32,000 nucleotides of DNA from an archaeon GW2011_AR10 (GCA_000830275.1 CP010424.1:1020001-1052000), one strand, 5' to 3'; shown: positions 8,188 to 16,866, numbered from the stretch's first letter. Made by a program: numbers and translations. The notes: generated by a model from the letters alone, not told the origin.

Positions 8188-9753
8188 CTATGAACCCAAT
8201 GAGAGCTTTGCGTTTAACGCTGCTTCCTCAACTTTCAATTCCACTTTATTTGATTCAATTTCATTCAGCATTGTATCACTCGAAACAATTGCTTTCACTG
8301 AAAAAGTCCCTGCCCCTTCGAGCCTTGCAAATATTTCTGCCACAACTTTTTCTCCGGGCAAAACGCTTTCAAAGAAATCAATGCTGCCCTCACTGCTCGA
8401 ATAAACCCACGAGCTTGGAATGCCTTCAAGTGCAACTTTGACGTTTTGTGCTTTCACATTCCCGGTATTCTCTATTTCCACAATGAATTTTGCAACAGAA
8501 TTAAGTCCTGCGAATCCATCATTAGAGCCACTCCCCCAATTTTCATCTGAACTTAAAGGGAAAGTTTTTCCACTTAAGGCAATAACCGATATTGCAGTGT
8601 CAACAGCATTGCTTTTGTTGGTTTTTCTTCCAAAGCTGCCGTCACCATTTTGGAGGCCGTTAAGGCACTCAATAGTTTTCTCTGCCTTTTCTGTTTCATT
8701 CCATTCACTAAAAGCAATGCCCCCTAAAGCTGTTCTAAAACCATCAACAATGCACCCTTCTTCGTCCTGCTGCAATGAAAGCCAGGCAATTGCGTTTTCA
8801 ATGGCTTCATCCCTTGCATGTTTTGCAGCAGCCAGCGCAATAATTGCTTCCTCAGTAAAATCAACTGAGCCAGCGGAATCATATGCATTGTAGCCAAAAC
8901 TGCCGCCGGGCTGCTGTACCGACAGCAAATAATCAATAGGGGAATTCCCCTGCTTTTCAGGCAGCTCCTCCCCTGCCTGAGAAAAAGCAACAATAACCCA
9001 GGAAGTTGTATCAACGTCCGATGAAGGGGTCCCGCTCTTAAAGCCTCCGTCCTCTTGCTGGGTTTCTGCCAGTTTTTCAATGCTTGTTTTCCCTGAAACA
9101 GAAAAGCTTTCAAGTTTCCTTCCTGTTGAAATAAGCGCAATAACCGCAAGAGCAGTTTGAAGGCCATCCCCAAAAGAAGCATCGCTTTCCTGTTTCTCAA
9201 TGAAGTAATCCTGCGCTTTTGCAATAACCGCCTGAGGCAAAACCACATTACTATCCGCTGAAATGCCCAAAGCCATCAGAGCAAAAGCAGATTGAAAATC
9301 GTTACTTCCTATTTCGCCATTTTCTTTCTGCCTGTCAGAGAGCCATTCAATTGCATCCTCGATTTTGCCTTCCTTGTAGTCAAGGGAAACAGTGTCAGAA
9401 TCCAGAGGTGTGTAATCGCTTATTCCAACAATTGCTGGCGCATTGTTCACTGAAAACTGCCAATAGCTTGAAAAATCATCAGAGGTTCTTATGCCATCAA
9501 CACCATTTACGAAAGCTGCTTCCTTCAATCCATCTCCATCAAAATCAAAGAACTGAAGGTCAAGGCCAAGGCTTTTCTGGTTTGCTACAGCCACGAAAGC
9601 TGAAAACGCATTTGCATCCTCCATGATTGTTACAGTTTCCGATACATCTGTTATCCCGCTTTCCATTGGAAAATTATACAAAACAGTAACGTCTTTCCCG
9701 TAAGCTGCTCCGAGCAAAAAAATAACGCAAAAAAGCAGGAAAACTTTTTTCAT
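8188..9753 (-). CDS. Secreted protein: DUF4430 (transcobalamin-like) domain, prenyltransferase/terpene-cyclase-like alpha-alpha toroid repeats, and a CARDB-like domain
   Basis: 521 aa with signal peptide MKKVFLLFCVIFLLGAAYG. The N-terminal domain has NAFSAF...FVNGVDGI...YWQFSVNNAPAIVG...DTVSLDY, matching the DUF4430 pattern. Five repeats of type Q(K/Q)E(N/D)G.(F/I)G follow (QKENGEIGS, QQEDGGFKS, QQPGGSFGY, QQDEEGCIV, LQNGDGSFG). The C-terminus has FIVEIENTGNVKAQNV. No CGEQ thioester motif is present. Confidence 0.7.
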   Translation of the reverse strand: MKKVFLLFCVIFLLGAAYGKDVTVLYNFPMESGITDVSETVTIMEDANAFSAFVAVANQKSLGLDLQFFDFDGDGLKEAAFVNGVDGIRTSDDFSSYWQFSVNNAPAIVGISDYTPLDSDTVSLDYKEGKIEDAIEWLSDRQKENGEIGSNDFQSAFALMALGISADSNVVLPQAVIAKAQDYFIEKQESDASFGDGLQTALAVIALISTGRKLESFSVSGKTSIEKLAETQQEDGGFKSGTPSSDVDTTSWVIVAFSQAGEELPEKQGNSPIDYLLSVQQPGGSFGYNAYDSAGSVDFTEEAIIALAAAKHARDEAIENAIAWLSLQQDEEGCIVDGFRTALGGIAFSEWNETEKAEKTIECLNGLQNGDGSFGRKTNKSNAVDTAISVIALSGKTFPLSSDENWGSGSNDGFAGLNSVAKFIVEIENTGNVKAQNVKVALEGIPSSWVYSSSEGSIDFFESVLPGEKVVAEIFARLEGAGTFSVKAIVSSDTMLNEIESNKVELKVEEAALNAKLSLGS

Positions 9754-9801
9754 TTCACCACAGCAATTATATTTAAATAAATTTCTTAAATAGAACTTTT
9801 T

Positions 9802-9830
9802 GGATAATGATTATTACTCTTAAGGATAAT
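9802..9830. promoter_or_regulatory. Candidate operator in the divergent promoter region (GGATAAT direct repeat plus ATAAT-G-ATTAT palindrome)
   Basis: GGATAAT occurs at 9802-9808 and 9824-9830. A near-palindrome ATAATGATTAT lies at 9804-9814. The site sits between the divergently transcribed 8188-9753 gene and the ArsR-type gene. Confidence 0.25.
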
Positions 9831-9855
9831 ATGTTTTAAGGTTTTAGTGGTTCAA

Positions 9856-10362
9856 ATGGATTTGTTTAAGGCTCTAGGAAACCAGAACAGGAGAAGCATC
9901 CTTAAACTTCTTCTAAGGAAAGAGTTTCACGTTTCTGGCCTGGCCAAAGAGCTTAACATTTCTGTGCCTGTTTGCCTTAAGCACATAAGAGTTCTTGAAG
10001 GAGTTGGCCTTGTTGAAAGAACAGCAATCGGAAACAGCCACATGATTCAGCTAAGGAAAGAGGCACTTAAAAACCTGGACAGCCTATGGCCCTTGTTCGA
10101 GAAATCACTTGTTTTGGAGGTAAGCGAGGGAACATCAATGCTTGATGCCTTGAAAAAAATTTCCAGCCTGAAGTTCAAGAAAACCCCGACAGGCTACTTT
10201 ATTACATCAGTTGACGGAAAAGAGGGAGTTTACACTTTTGAGGTTGATGGTGAACTGCCAAAGTATTCCGCAGATAAGTTCAAGATAAAAAAAGACATTG
10301 AAGTTGAACTAAAAAGGCTTGTTCCGGTTGTTGGGAAAAAAATCCAGATTAAGGTCAGCTAG
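9856..10362 (+). CDS. ArsR-family winged-HTH regulator fused to a DUF4430-like C-terminal domain
   Basis: The N-terminus DLFKALGNQNRRSILKLLLRKEFHVSGLAKELNISVPVCLKHIRVLEGVGLVE is a canonical ArsR/SmtB wHTH. The C-terminus EVSEGTSMLDALKK...GYFITSVDGKEG.YTFEVDGELPKYSADKFKIKKDIEVE follows the DUF4430 pattern. ATG is at 9856; the track ORF opens at GTG 9847. Confidence 0.7.
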   Translation: MDLFKALGNQNRRSILKLLLRKEFHVSGLAKELNISVPVCLKHIRVLEGVGLVERTAIGNSHMIQLRKEALKNLDSLWPLFEKSLVLEVSEGTSMLDALKKISSLKFKKTPTGYFITSVDGKEGVYTFEVDGELPKYSADKFKIKKDIEVELKRLVPVVGKKIQIKVS

Positions 10363-11263
10363 ATTTTTCCTGTTTTTCCAGCTCATAAACTGTGGCTGCA
10401 ACTGCCTTCTCAGTTGAATAAGCCGGCTTCCATCCAATCGCAGTTATTTTCTTGATGCTGTAATGCCTTTCTCTCACCAGCCTGTTTATGTGCTCTGTTG
10501 AAAGAAAAGTTTTTTTGCCAAAAAGCTTGTAGGCAAATGCAGCAATCCTTGCAACAAAAGCAGGAATTGTTTTGATTTCCTGCTTCAATCCAAGCTGTTT
10601 TTTAAGCAGAAGCACTAGTTCCCTGAGTTTCATCGGCTTTTCCTCCGCAACAATGAAAACCTCTCCAATGCTTTCCTCTTTTCCAAGCAAAAAAACTAGC
10701 GCACTAACCAAGTCATCAACGTAAACAACCTGCCAGTAATTGTTGCCGTTTCCAATCAAGGGAACTTCTTTCCTGACAAGCCCAATTATTTCATGCCAAT
10801 ACTTGTTTGGGCCTAACACTAAAGCACTCCTTACAACAGTTACAGGCAACGCCTCTTGATAGGCAAGCACTAGTTTTTCAGCTTCCGCCTTGCTTTCCTC
10901 ATACCTTGTTTCAGGTTTTAATGGAAAGGTTTCATCAACAATTCCAGTGGTTTTTCCAGCCACTCCTGTTGAGCTCAAGTAAATAAACTGGCTTACCCTG
11001 CTTTTGGCGGCTTCCTCAAGGATGTTCTTTGTTCCCTGCACGTTCACCTCAAAAAGCGTTGGCGAGCTTTCATCAAGCTCTGCAGCGAGATGGTAAACAA
11101 TTTCAATGCCATTCAGTGCTCTCTGCACCCGCTCCCTGCTTGTAATGCTTTGGCCTTCAACTGCATCAAAACTTGTCACTTTGTGGCCCTTAGCCGAAAG
11201 TTCCCTTGCAAGCCTGCTGCCAATGAAGCCCCTGCCACCAGTAACTAAAATATTCATTTCCAA
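10355..11263 (-). CDS. NAD-dependent epimerase/dehydratase (extended SDR family)
   Basis: 302 aa. N-terminal Rossmann motif ILVTGGRGFIGSRL and the typical extended-SDR layout. Substrate not assignable. Confidence 0.8.
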   Translation of the reverse strand: MEMNILVTGGRGFIGSRLARELSAKGHKVTSFDAVEGQSITSRERVQRALNGIEIVYHLAAELDESSPTLFEVNVQGTKNILEEAAKSRVSQFIYLSSTGVAGKTTGIVDETFPLKPETRYEESKAEAEKLVLAYQEALPVTVVRSALVLGPNKYWHEIIGLVRKEVPLIGNGNNYWQVVYVDDLVSALVFLLGKEESIGEVFIVAEEKPMKLRELVLLLKKQLGLKQEIKTIPAFVARIAAFAYKLFGKKTFLSTEHINRLVRERHYSIKKITAIGWKPAYSTEKAVAATVYELEKQEKSS

Positions 11264-11305
11264 TCACTATTAAGAATAACAAAACAGTATTTTAAAGGTG
11301 TTAGA

Positions 11306-12331
11306 GTGTTGGAAGTAAACGGAGAATCAGGGGGCCAAATGCTGCGCTCAAGCCTTGGGTTAAGCGCCCTGCTAAGAAAGCCGGTCACTATTTACAACAT
11401 AAGGGCCAAGCGCCCTAATCCTGGTTTGCAGGCACAGCACCTAACTGGCTTGAACACACTAAAAATTCTTTCAAGCGCAAAAGTGCATGGAGCCGTTAAG
11501 GGCTCAATGAAAGTTGTTTTCAAGCCCGAACAGTTTTCAGGCGGAAACCTGAATGTGAATATCGGCACAGCCGGCAGCGTAATGCTTTTAGTGCAAGCAG
11601 TGATGCTGCCATCAATGCTGAAAGAGACAAAGCTGAGAATCTTTGGAGGCACTGATGTCCCTTTTGCTCCAAGCTTCAATTACTCTGAAAAAGTTTTGTT
11701 TCCTGTCCTATCAAAAATGAATGCAAGGTTCAGCGCTTCGCTTGTTTCAAGGGGCTTTTACCCAAAAGGCAATGGCAGCATTTCTTTCAAGTCCCTGCCG
11801 GCAGAGCTTCCGCTAAATCCAATAAAACTAACAAAGAAAAAGAAAGTGAAATTCGTATGGCTTTTTTCTCATTCAGCTTCTCTCCCGCAGGAGGTTGCAA
11901 GGGTGCAGGCGCTTGCCGCAAAAAACACCCTTAAAGAGCTCGGCATAGAAGTGGTTGAAAGGATTTCCTCCAAGCAGCAGGGCACTTCAATTGGTTCAGC
12001 AATTGACCTAATAGCCAAAGCAGGGCCTGCATCTATTGGTGCAAACGCTTTAGGTGCAAGGGGCAAGCCAGCTGAAGAAGTAGGCAAAGAAGCAGCAGAA
12101 AAACTGTTGAAAGAACTTAACTCAAATGCTGCTGTTGACTCGCACTTGGTCGACCAGCTGATTCCGTTCATGGCGCTTGCAAAGGGCAAAAGCGAAATTC
12201 TTTGCCCAGAGCTTTCAGAGCACACAAAAAACAACATAGCAGTTGCTGAAAAATTTCTTGGAGTCAAATTCAATTCAGTTCAGGAAAACAATGCAGTAAA
12301 ACTCTGGGTGGAAGGGGCTGCATTCAGTTAA
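11306..12331 (+). CDS. rtcA: RNA 3'-terminal phosphate cyclase
   Basis: 341 aa. GESGGQMLRSSLGLSALLRKPVTIYNIRAKRPNPGLQAQHL and the C-terminal DSHLVDQLIPFMALAKG are characteristic RtcA motifs. The track start is a non-ATG codon. Confidence 0.85.
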   Translation: MLEVNGESGGQMLRSSLGLSALLRKPVTIYNIRAKRPNPGLQAQHLTGLNTLKILSSAKVHGAVKGSMKVVFKPEQFSGGNLNVNIGTAGSVMLLVQAVMLPSMLKETKLRIFGGTDVPFAPSFNYSEKVLFPVLSKMNARFSASLVSRGFYPKGNGSISFKSLPAELPLNPIKLTKKKKVKFVWLFSHSASLPQEVARVQALAAKNTLKELGIEVVERISSKQQGTSIGSAIDLIAKAGPASIGANALGARGKPAEEVGKEAAEKLLKELNSNAAVDSHLVDQLIPFMALAKGKSEILCPELSEHTKNNIAVAEKFLGVKFNSVQENNAVKLWVEGAAFS

Positions 12332-13392
12332 AGCCTTGGCCTTGCCTCTATTAACAAATCCTTTAACAAGAGGCTGGCTTTTTCAACTGAAAGAAGGTCA
12401 AGCAGCTTTTCATCATTCACTACTCCAGTGCCTTTCCCGGCAATTTTTGGTGAAACAAAGAGCATCACTTTGTCAACAATCCGTTCCCTTAAAGCAGAGG
12501 AATTGATTTCAGAGCCCCCTTCAACGAGAATGCTTTGAATTCCTGCTTTTCCAAGCTGTGCAACCAAATCCCTTAAATCAACTTGTCCATTTCGTTCCCT
12601 AACAGTAATTACCCCAACGCCTTTTCTAACAAGTGCCTCAATTCTTTTGCTCGGCGCACTTGCAGTGCACGCGATAACCGTTTTTGCGTTTCCGCCTAAA
12701 ACTCTTGCCTTCAGTGGCACTCTCGCCTTCGAATCCACTACCACTCTTAAAGGGTTCCTGAAAGGAGCAGTTCTAGCAGTTAGCAGCGGGTCATCCTTTA
12801 CAACAGTGTTGACTCCCACCAGAACTGCGTCAAACTCATTTCTAAGCAAGTGCAATAGCTTAATGCTTTCCTTCCCAGAAATTATTTTCCTTCCTTTTCC
12901 CCAAGCAATTTTTCCATCAAAAGTAATAGCGGACTTAAGCAGCACAAAAGGTGTCCCCGTTCTATGAAACTTGAGGAACCCTTCATTGAGTTCTTCAGCT
13001 TCAGCTGAATTCACTACTTTAACTTTAATGCCTGCTTTCCTCAATTGTTTCAGCCCGCGGCCGTTCACTAATGGGTTTGGGTCCCTTAAAGCAACAACAA
13101 CGCGTTTAATGCCGGCTTCAATTATTTTTTCAGTGCAAGGCCCCTGTTTTCCGTAATGGCAGCATGGCTCAAGCGTAACATGCATTGTTGCGCCTTCAGC
13201 CCGTTTCCCAGCATCCTCTAATGCAATCGCTTCAGCGTGCGCTCCACCAAAGCGCTTGTGGAACCCTTTTCCGACCACAATTCCTTTTTTTTCTATCACG
13301 CATCCGACCTTTGGGTTTGGCTCGACAAAGCCCCTTCCCCCTTCAGCCAAATTCAATGCAAGCTGCATTAACTCTTTTTCTCTCATTTGCAT
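12328..13392 (-). CDS. ribD: Bifunctional riboflavin biosynthesis protein RibD (pyrimidine deaminase plus reductase)
   Basis: 354 aa. Deaminase zinc motifs HAEAIAL and LEPCCHYGKQGPC, followed by a RibD_C-type reductase domain. Its stop codon shares TTAA (12328-12331) with the convergent rtcA stop. Confidence 0.85.
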   Translation of the reverse strand: MQMREKELMQLALNLAEGGRGFVEPNPKVGCVIEKKGIVVGKGFHKRFGGAHAEAIALEDAGKRAEGATMHVTLEPCCHYGKQGPCTEKIIEAGIKRVVVALRDPNPLVNGRGLKQLRKAGIKVKVVNSAEAEELNEGFLKFHRTGTPFVLLKSAITFDGKIAWGKGRKIISGKESIKLLHLLRNEFDAVLVGVNTVVKDDPLLTARTAPFRNPLRVVVDSKARVPLKARVLGGNAKTVIACTASAPSKRIEALVRKGVGVITVRERNGQVDLRDLVAQLGKAGIQSILVEGGSEINSSALRERIVDKVMLFVSPKIAGKGTGVVNDEKLLDLLSVEKASLLLKDLLIEARPRL

Positions 13393-13426
13393 CGCACTTC
13401 CACGTCCGAATCCTCTGCCAACTGTG

Positions 13427-14242
13427 TCACATCAGGAAAGCATTCAGCACTTCAGGCCAAGCAATTGATGCAACAACCCCGAGAAAAACAAACGGGGCAA
13501 ATTTCGGCAGGTTCCTGTAAACCTTTACTTTATTAAAACCCAAAGCCTTAATGCGTTCCTGCAGCTTTTTGTCTATTACTCCCTTCATGCCTGCATTGAT
13601 TTTATTCGCTTCTTCTTCTTTCAAAAAATCTGATGCAAGAATGTCGTCTTCTTCCAGTTCCCCAATTTTTACCTCTTCCAAGAAAAACTCTTTTCTGATG
13701 CCGCGCTCCAATGCAAGGAATGCCAGCGCAAAAACCATTGGAATGCCCAGTGCAACAGCATAACTTATTGGTGCAATTCCTGCTGAAACCAGAAAATAAA
13801 AATAAACCACAAGCACCACGCCAAGAAAAATGCTTTTCCTAATGCCAGCTGAGTTGAATTTCCAGTCAATCCCTTTCCTTGCATATTTCATTACGTAAAA
13901 TACTGCAAGGAAAACAACTGCTGTTATTCCTGCAACAATCAGCACGCTCAAAATAAACACTGTGCCATTAAGAAAAGGCATAAGCAGTGCGGTTCCCGTG
14001 AAGAGCTTAACATCCCCGCCGCCAATTTTTCCAAAGTAGTAGAGGGCAAATCCCACAGCAAAAACAATGCCTGCAACAAGAAACGCGTTCAAGTCAAATT
14101 CAATTAGGTTGAAAATCACTCCCAATGCAATCATTGGGTATGTTATTCTGTCAAAAATCAGGCCTGTCTTAATGTCAGCGTAAGCTGCAAGCGCTGTTCC
14201 AGCCAGAACAAGTGCCTGCCTTAAAAAAAGCAGTTCCATCAC
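13427..14242 (-). CDS. A24-family aspartic prepilin/preflagellin peptidase (PibD/EppA/FlaK-like) with a C-terminal soluble extension
   Basis: 271 aa polytopic protein. First catalytic Asp context AYADIKTG and second catalytic motif GGGDVKLF (the GxGD motif of the A24 family). The start lies 5 nt downstream of the srp54 stop on the same strand. Confidence 0.8.
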   Translation of the reverse strand: MMELLFLRQALVLAGTALAAYADIKTGLIFDRITYPMIALGVIFNLIEFDLNAFLVAGIVFAVGFALYYFGKIGGGDVKLFTGTALLMPFLNGTVFILSVLIVAGITAVVFLAVFYVMKYARKGIDWKFNSAGIRKSIFLGVVLVVYFYFLVSAGIAPISYAVALGIPMVFALAFLALERGIRKEFFLEEVKIGELEEDDILASDFLKEEEANKINAGMKGVIDKKLQERIKALGFNKVKVYRNLPKFAPFVFLGVVASIAWPEVLNAFLM

Positions 14243-14247
14243 ACCAA

Positions 14248-15594
14248 CTACCTCAGCTTCAGTTTTCTCTTCTTTTCGAAACCCCTGAATTTTTTCAGCA
14301 GCCCCTGAACGCCACCTTTTTCAAGCTTTTTTTGGTCTATGCCCTTAAACTGCTTGAACACTTTGGCCATGTTCTTGTACTGCTTTAACAGCTCCCTGAC
14401 TTCTTGCTGTGTTTTTCCCGCGCCTTTTGCAACCCTTGCAATCCTGCTCCTGTTAAATTTTTCTGGGTCGTTCCGTTCTTCCTCCGTCATTGAGTCAATC
14501 ATTACTTTAAACCCATCCAGTTTTTCCTCTCCAACCTCAAGCATTTCTTTTGGGAGTTGTGCCCCCAAACCCATCATGTCCATTACCTTACTTAATGGCC
14601 CCATTTTTCTGGCTGCCTTCAGCTGCTTGTAAAACGTTTTAAGAGTGAAGTTTTCTTCCATCAACCCCTCCAAGTCAAGCTCTTCCTCTTCCTGCACTTC
14701 CTTTGCTTTTTCCAGCAGTGACTGCAAATCCCCATAACCCATTATCCTGCTCAAATACCGCTGCGCGTCAAAAGCCTGCAAGTCATCGGGTTTTTCCCCG
14801 GTTCCCAAAAAAAGGACAGGCGCCTTGGTCTCATGGCATGCTGCAAGCACCCCACCCCCCTTGGCTGAACCATCAATTCTTGTAATAATGATGCCGTTTA
14901 CTCCAACAGCTTCGTGAAATGCTTTAGCCTGCTTTTTCGCGGTCTGCCCCATGTCCGCTCCTATCACGAGCCAAGTATTGGTTGGCTTAAAAGCATTTCC
15001 AATTTCCTTTATTTCTTTGGTGAGTGCCTCATCCAGCGCATTTCTTCCTGCTGAGTCACAAACAACCAAGTCAAATCCCTTAAATTGCTTAACCCCCTTT
15101 TCTGCAACCACTGCAGCATTTTTCTCTCCTCTCATTCCAAAAAATTCTGCCCTTGCGGTTGCTGCAACCTGCTGTAATTGCTCGAATGCAGCAGGCCTGA
15201 ACGTGTCAGCTGCAATTACCCCCACTTTTTTGCCGCGCTTTGCATACCACCTTGCTATTTTTCCAATCGAAGTTGTTTTTCCGCTGCCAAAAAGGCCAAC
15301 CATTAAAATCCTTTCAGGGTTTTCAGGCACTTTGGGTGTGCCGCCGAGAACCTCTGCAAGCAAATCATAAGTTGTTTTGATTAAGTGCTCTCTTCTGTTG
15401 ATGCGTGAAGGCAAATCCTTGAACGCAGATTCCTCTATTTTCCGGCTTAACTCCAAAACTAGGTTTACTTCCACGTCAGAGCTTATGAGGGCGCGCTGGA
15501 TGTCCTTAACCGTTTCCTTAACCGTTTGCTGGTCCAGAACGCTTGAATTCCTCAAGCGCTCCATTGCTTTCCTGAGCTGCTCTCCCAAACCCAT
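14248..15594 (-). CDS. srp54: Signal recognition particle protein SRP54
   Basis: 448 aa. N domain, then a G domain with [20 protein letters not shown] and DSAGR, then a Met-rich M domain (KVMDMMGLG). Confidence 0.95.
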   Translation of the reverse strand: MGLGEQLRKAMERLRNSSVLDQQTVKETVKDIQRALISSDVEVNLVLELSRKIEESAFKDLPSRINRREHLIKTTYDLLAEVLGGTPKVPENPERILMVGLFGSGKTTSIGKIARWYAKRGKKVGVIAADTFRPAAFEQLQQVAATARAEFFGMRGEKNAAVVAEKGVKQFKGFDLVVCDSAGRNALDEALTKEIKEIGNAFKPTNTWLVIGADMGQTAKKQAKAFHEAVGVNGIIITRIDGSAKGGGVLAACHETKAPVLFLGTGEKPDDLQAFDAQRYLSRIMGYGDLQSLLEKAKEVQEEEELDLEGLMEENFTLKTFYKQLKAARKMGPLSKVMDMMGLGAQLPKEMLEVGEEKLDGFKVMIDSMTEEERNDPEKFNRSRIARVAKGAGKTQQEVRELLKQYKNMAKVFKQFKGIDQKKLEKGGVQGLLKKFRGFEKKRKLKLR

Positions 15595-15671
15595 TAAACC
15601 ACTTAAAAACTATTCAACAAAAAAGCATTTAAATTAGGCAATTCCACTGTTTTTTTTGGCATATAACGGCT

Positions 15672-16619
15672 ATGTGCTTCAACAAGTTTTTTATTCTGCA
15701 AGTTCGTTTGTTTTTTGTGCCTAGAAGAAATTTCAAGTTTATGCCAGTGCATTTTCTGTGGTTCAAATCAAGGCTCGATAAAGGCCACCCTAGAACCCGA
15801 ATAGCCAAAGAGTTTTCCAAAAGGTTCGGCGGCAATGAAACTACGATAAAATCATATTTATCAAGATATTTTCCAGAAAACCTCACACTGGAGCAGGCAT
15901 TGTGGGAGTACAGGAAAACAGTAAAAACCCGTGAACAGAGAAGTGAAATTGCAAGGAGAAGAGCTGCTGCAAAGACTCCTGAACAGAGAAGTGAAATCGC
16001 AAGGAAAAGAGAGGCTGTAATGACTCCTGAACAGAGAAGTGAAAGAGTTAGGAAAGCTGCTGCTGGAATGACTCCTGAACAGAGAAGTGAAATCGCAAGG
16101 AAAAGAGAGGCTGTAATGACTCCTGAACAGAGAAGTGAAAGAGTTAGGAAAGCTGCTGCTGTAATGACTCCTGAACAGAGAAGTGAAAGGTCAAGGAAAG
16201 CTGCTGCTGCAAGGACTCCTGAACAGAGAAGTGAAATTGCAAGGAAAGCAGCAAGAATGCAAAGGTATAATTTGGTTAAAGACGTTATTTATGTTGAAGA
16301 ACTTCCTTTGCTGAATCGGTTATCTGAACGTGAGAAGGCAATAAAATTTGTGGAGTTATCTCCAGTTATTAGAACTATTGTAGGCAAGTTTAGGCGGAGA
16401 GCTGATTATGAAGATATTTTGGGGGTCGTAAATCTTGCAGTTGCCGAGTCCTTGGCTAAATGGGACAAGAGAGTGGATTTAACAAAACTGGTTGAAGACT
16501 CGGCGAAACTCCATTTAATAAAGTACTTTGGGCAACTAAAACGGTGGAATATTAGGGAAATTCCTATTGGCGATATTCGCAGTATAGATGCTTTGGTTGG
16601 TCTTGTGAAACACGAATAA
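15672..16619 (+). CDS. Orphan DNA-binding-like protein: N-terminal HTH-like segment, seven 16-aa basic repeats (TPEQRSE[IR]ARK...), and a helical C-terminal domain
   Basis: 315-aa track ORF. The first 23 codons look non-protein-like, so ATG 15741 (MPVHFLWFKSRLDKGHPRTRIAKEF...) is a plausible true start. The repeats keep the reading frame exactly. Confidence 0.6.
   Translation: MCFNKFFILQVRLFFVPRRNFKFMPVHFLWFKSRLDKGHPRTRIAKEFSKRFGGNETTIKSYLSRYFPENLTLEQALWEYRKTVKTREQRSEIARRRAAAKTPEQRSEIARKREAVMTPEQRSERVRKAAAGMTPEQRSEIARKREAVMTPEQRSERVRKAAAVMTPEQRSERSRKAAAARTPEQRSEIARKAARMQRYNLVKDVIYVEELPLLNRLSEREKAIKFVELSPVIRTIVGKFRRRADYEDILGVVNLAVAESLAKWDKRVDLTKLVEDSAKLHLIKYFGQLKRWNIREIPIGDIRSIDALVGLVKHE
15927..16262 (+). 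repeat. Seven in-frame tandem copies of a 48-nt unit, including a near-identical 96-nt double unit
   Basis: GAACAGAGAAGTGAAA recurs at 15933, 15981, 16029, 16077, 16125, 16173 and 16221, an exact 48-nt period. 15975-16070 and 16071-16166 differ at a single position. Confidence 0.9.
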
Positions 16620-16683
16620 TTCGGTTTTAATTCACTTGACAAAGTATTGAACCACTTGCTTCTGTTAGAAGCCTCAAAACATG

Positions 16684-16708
16684 CCACCAACTTCAGTAGG
16701 TGGTTTTT
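16684..16708 (+). terminator. Hairpin plus T-run downstream of the repeat-protein gene
   Basis: CCACC (16684-16688) pairs with GGTGG (16699-16703) and is followed by TTTTT (16704-16708). Confidence 0.3.
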
Positions 16709-16866
16709 GGCATCAGGCAATTTTGCGGTTTTAAAACCTTTTAAAAAAAGTTTTATCAAAAAGGGGCTGCGCCAAAAACTTTTAAAATTAAAAGCAGCTT
16801 ATTTGAATAGCTTCCCGCCTAGCAGAAAGAAAAGAAAAATATAAAGAAAAAGAATCAACTGAAACA

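Noticed and set aside
8420-9248. 157-aa plus-strand and 174-aa minus-strand alternative-frame ORFs
   Set aside because: They overlap the 521-aa secreted-protein gene in other frames or on the other strand. Their composition is typical of off-frame translation.
15927-16262. Regularly spaced repeats; could this be a CRISPR array?
   Set aside because: The 48-nt units are contiguous with no unique spacers. They keep a single open reading frame and encode a coherent 16-aa peptide repeat. No cas genes or leader are present.
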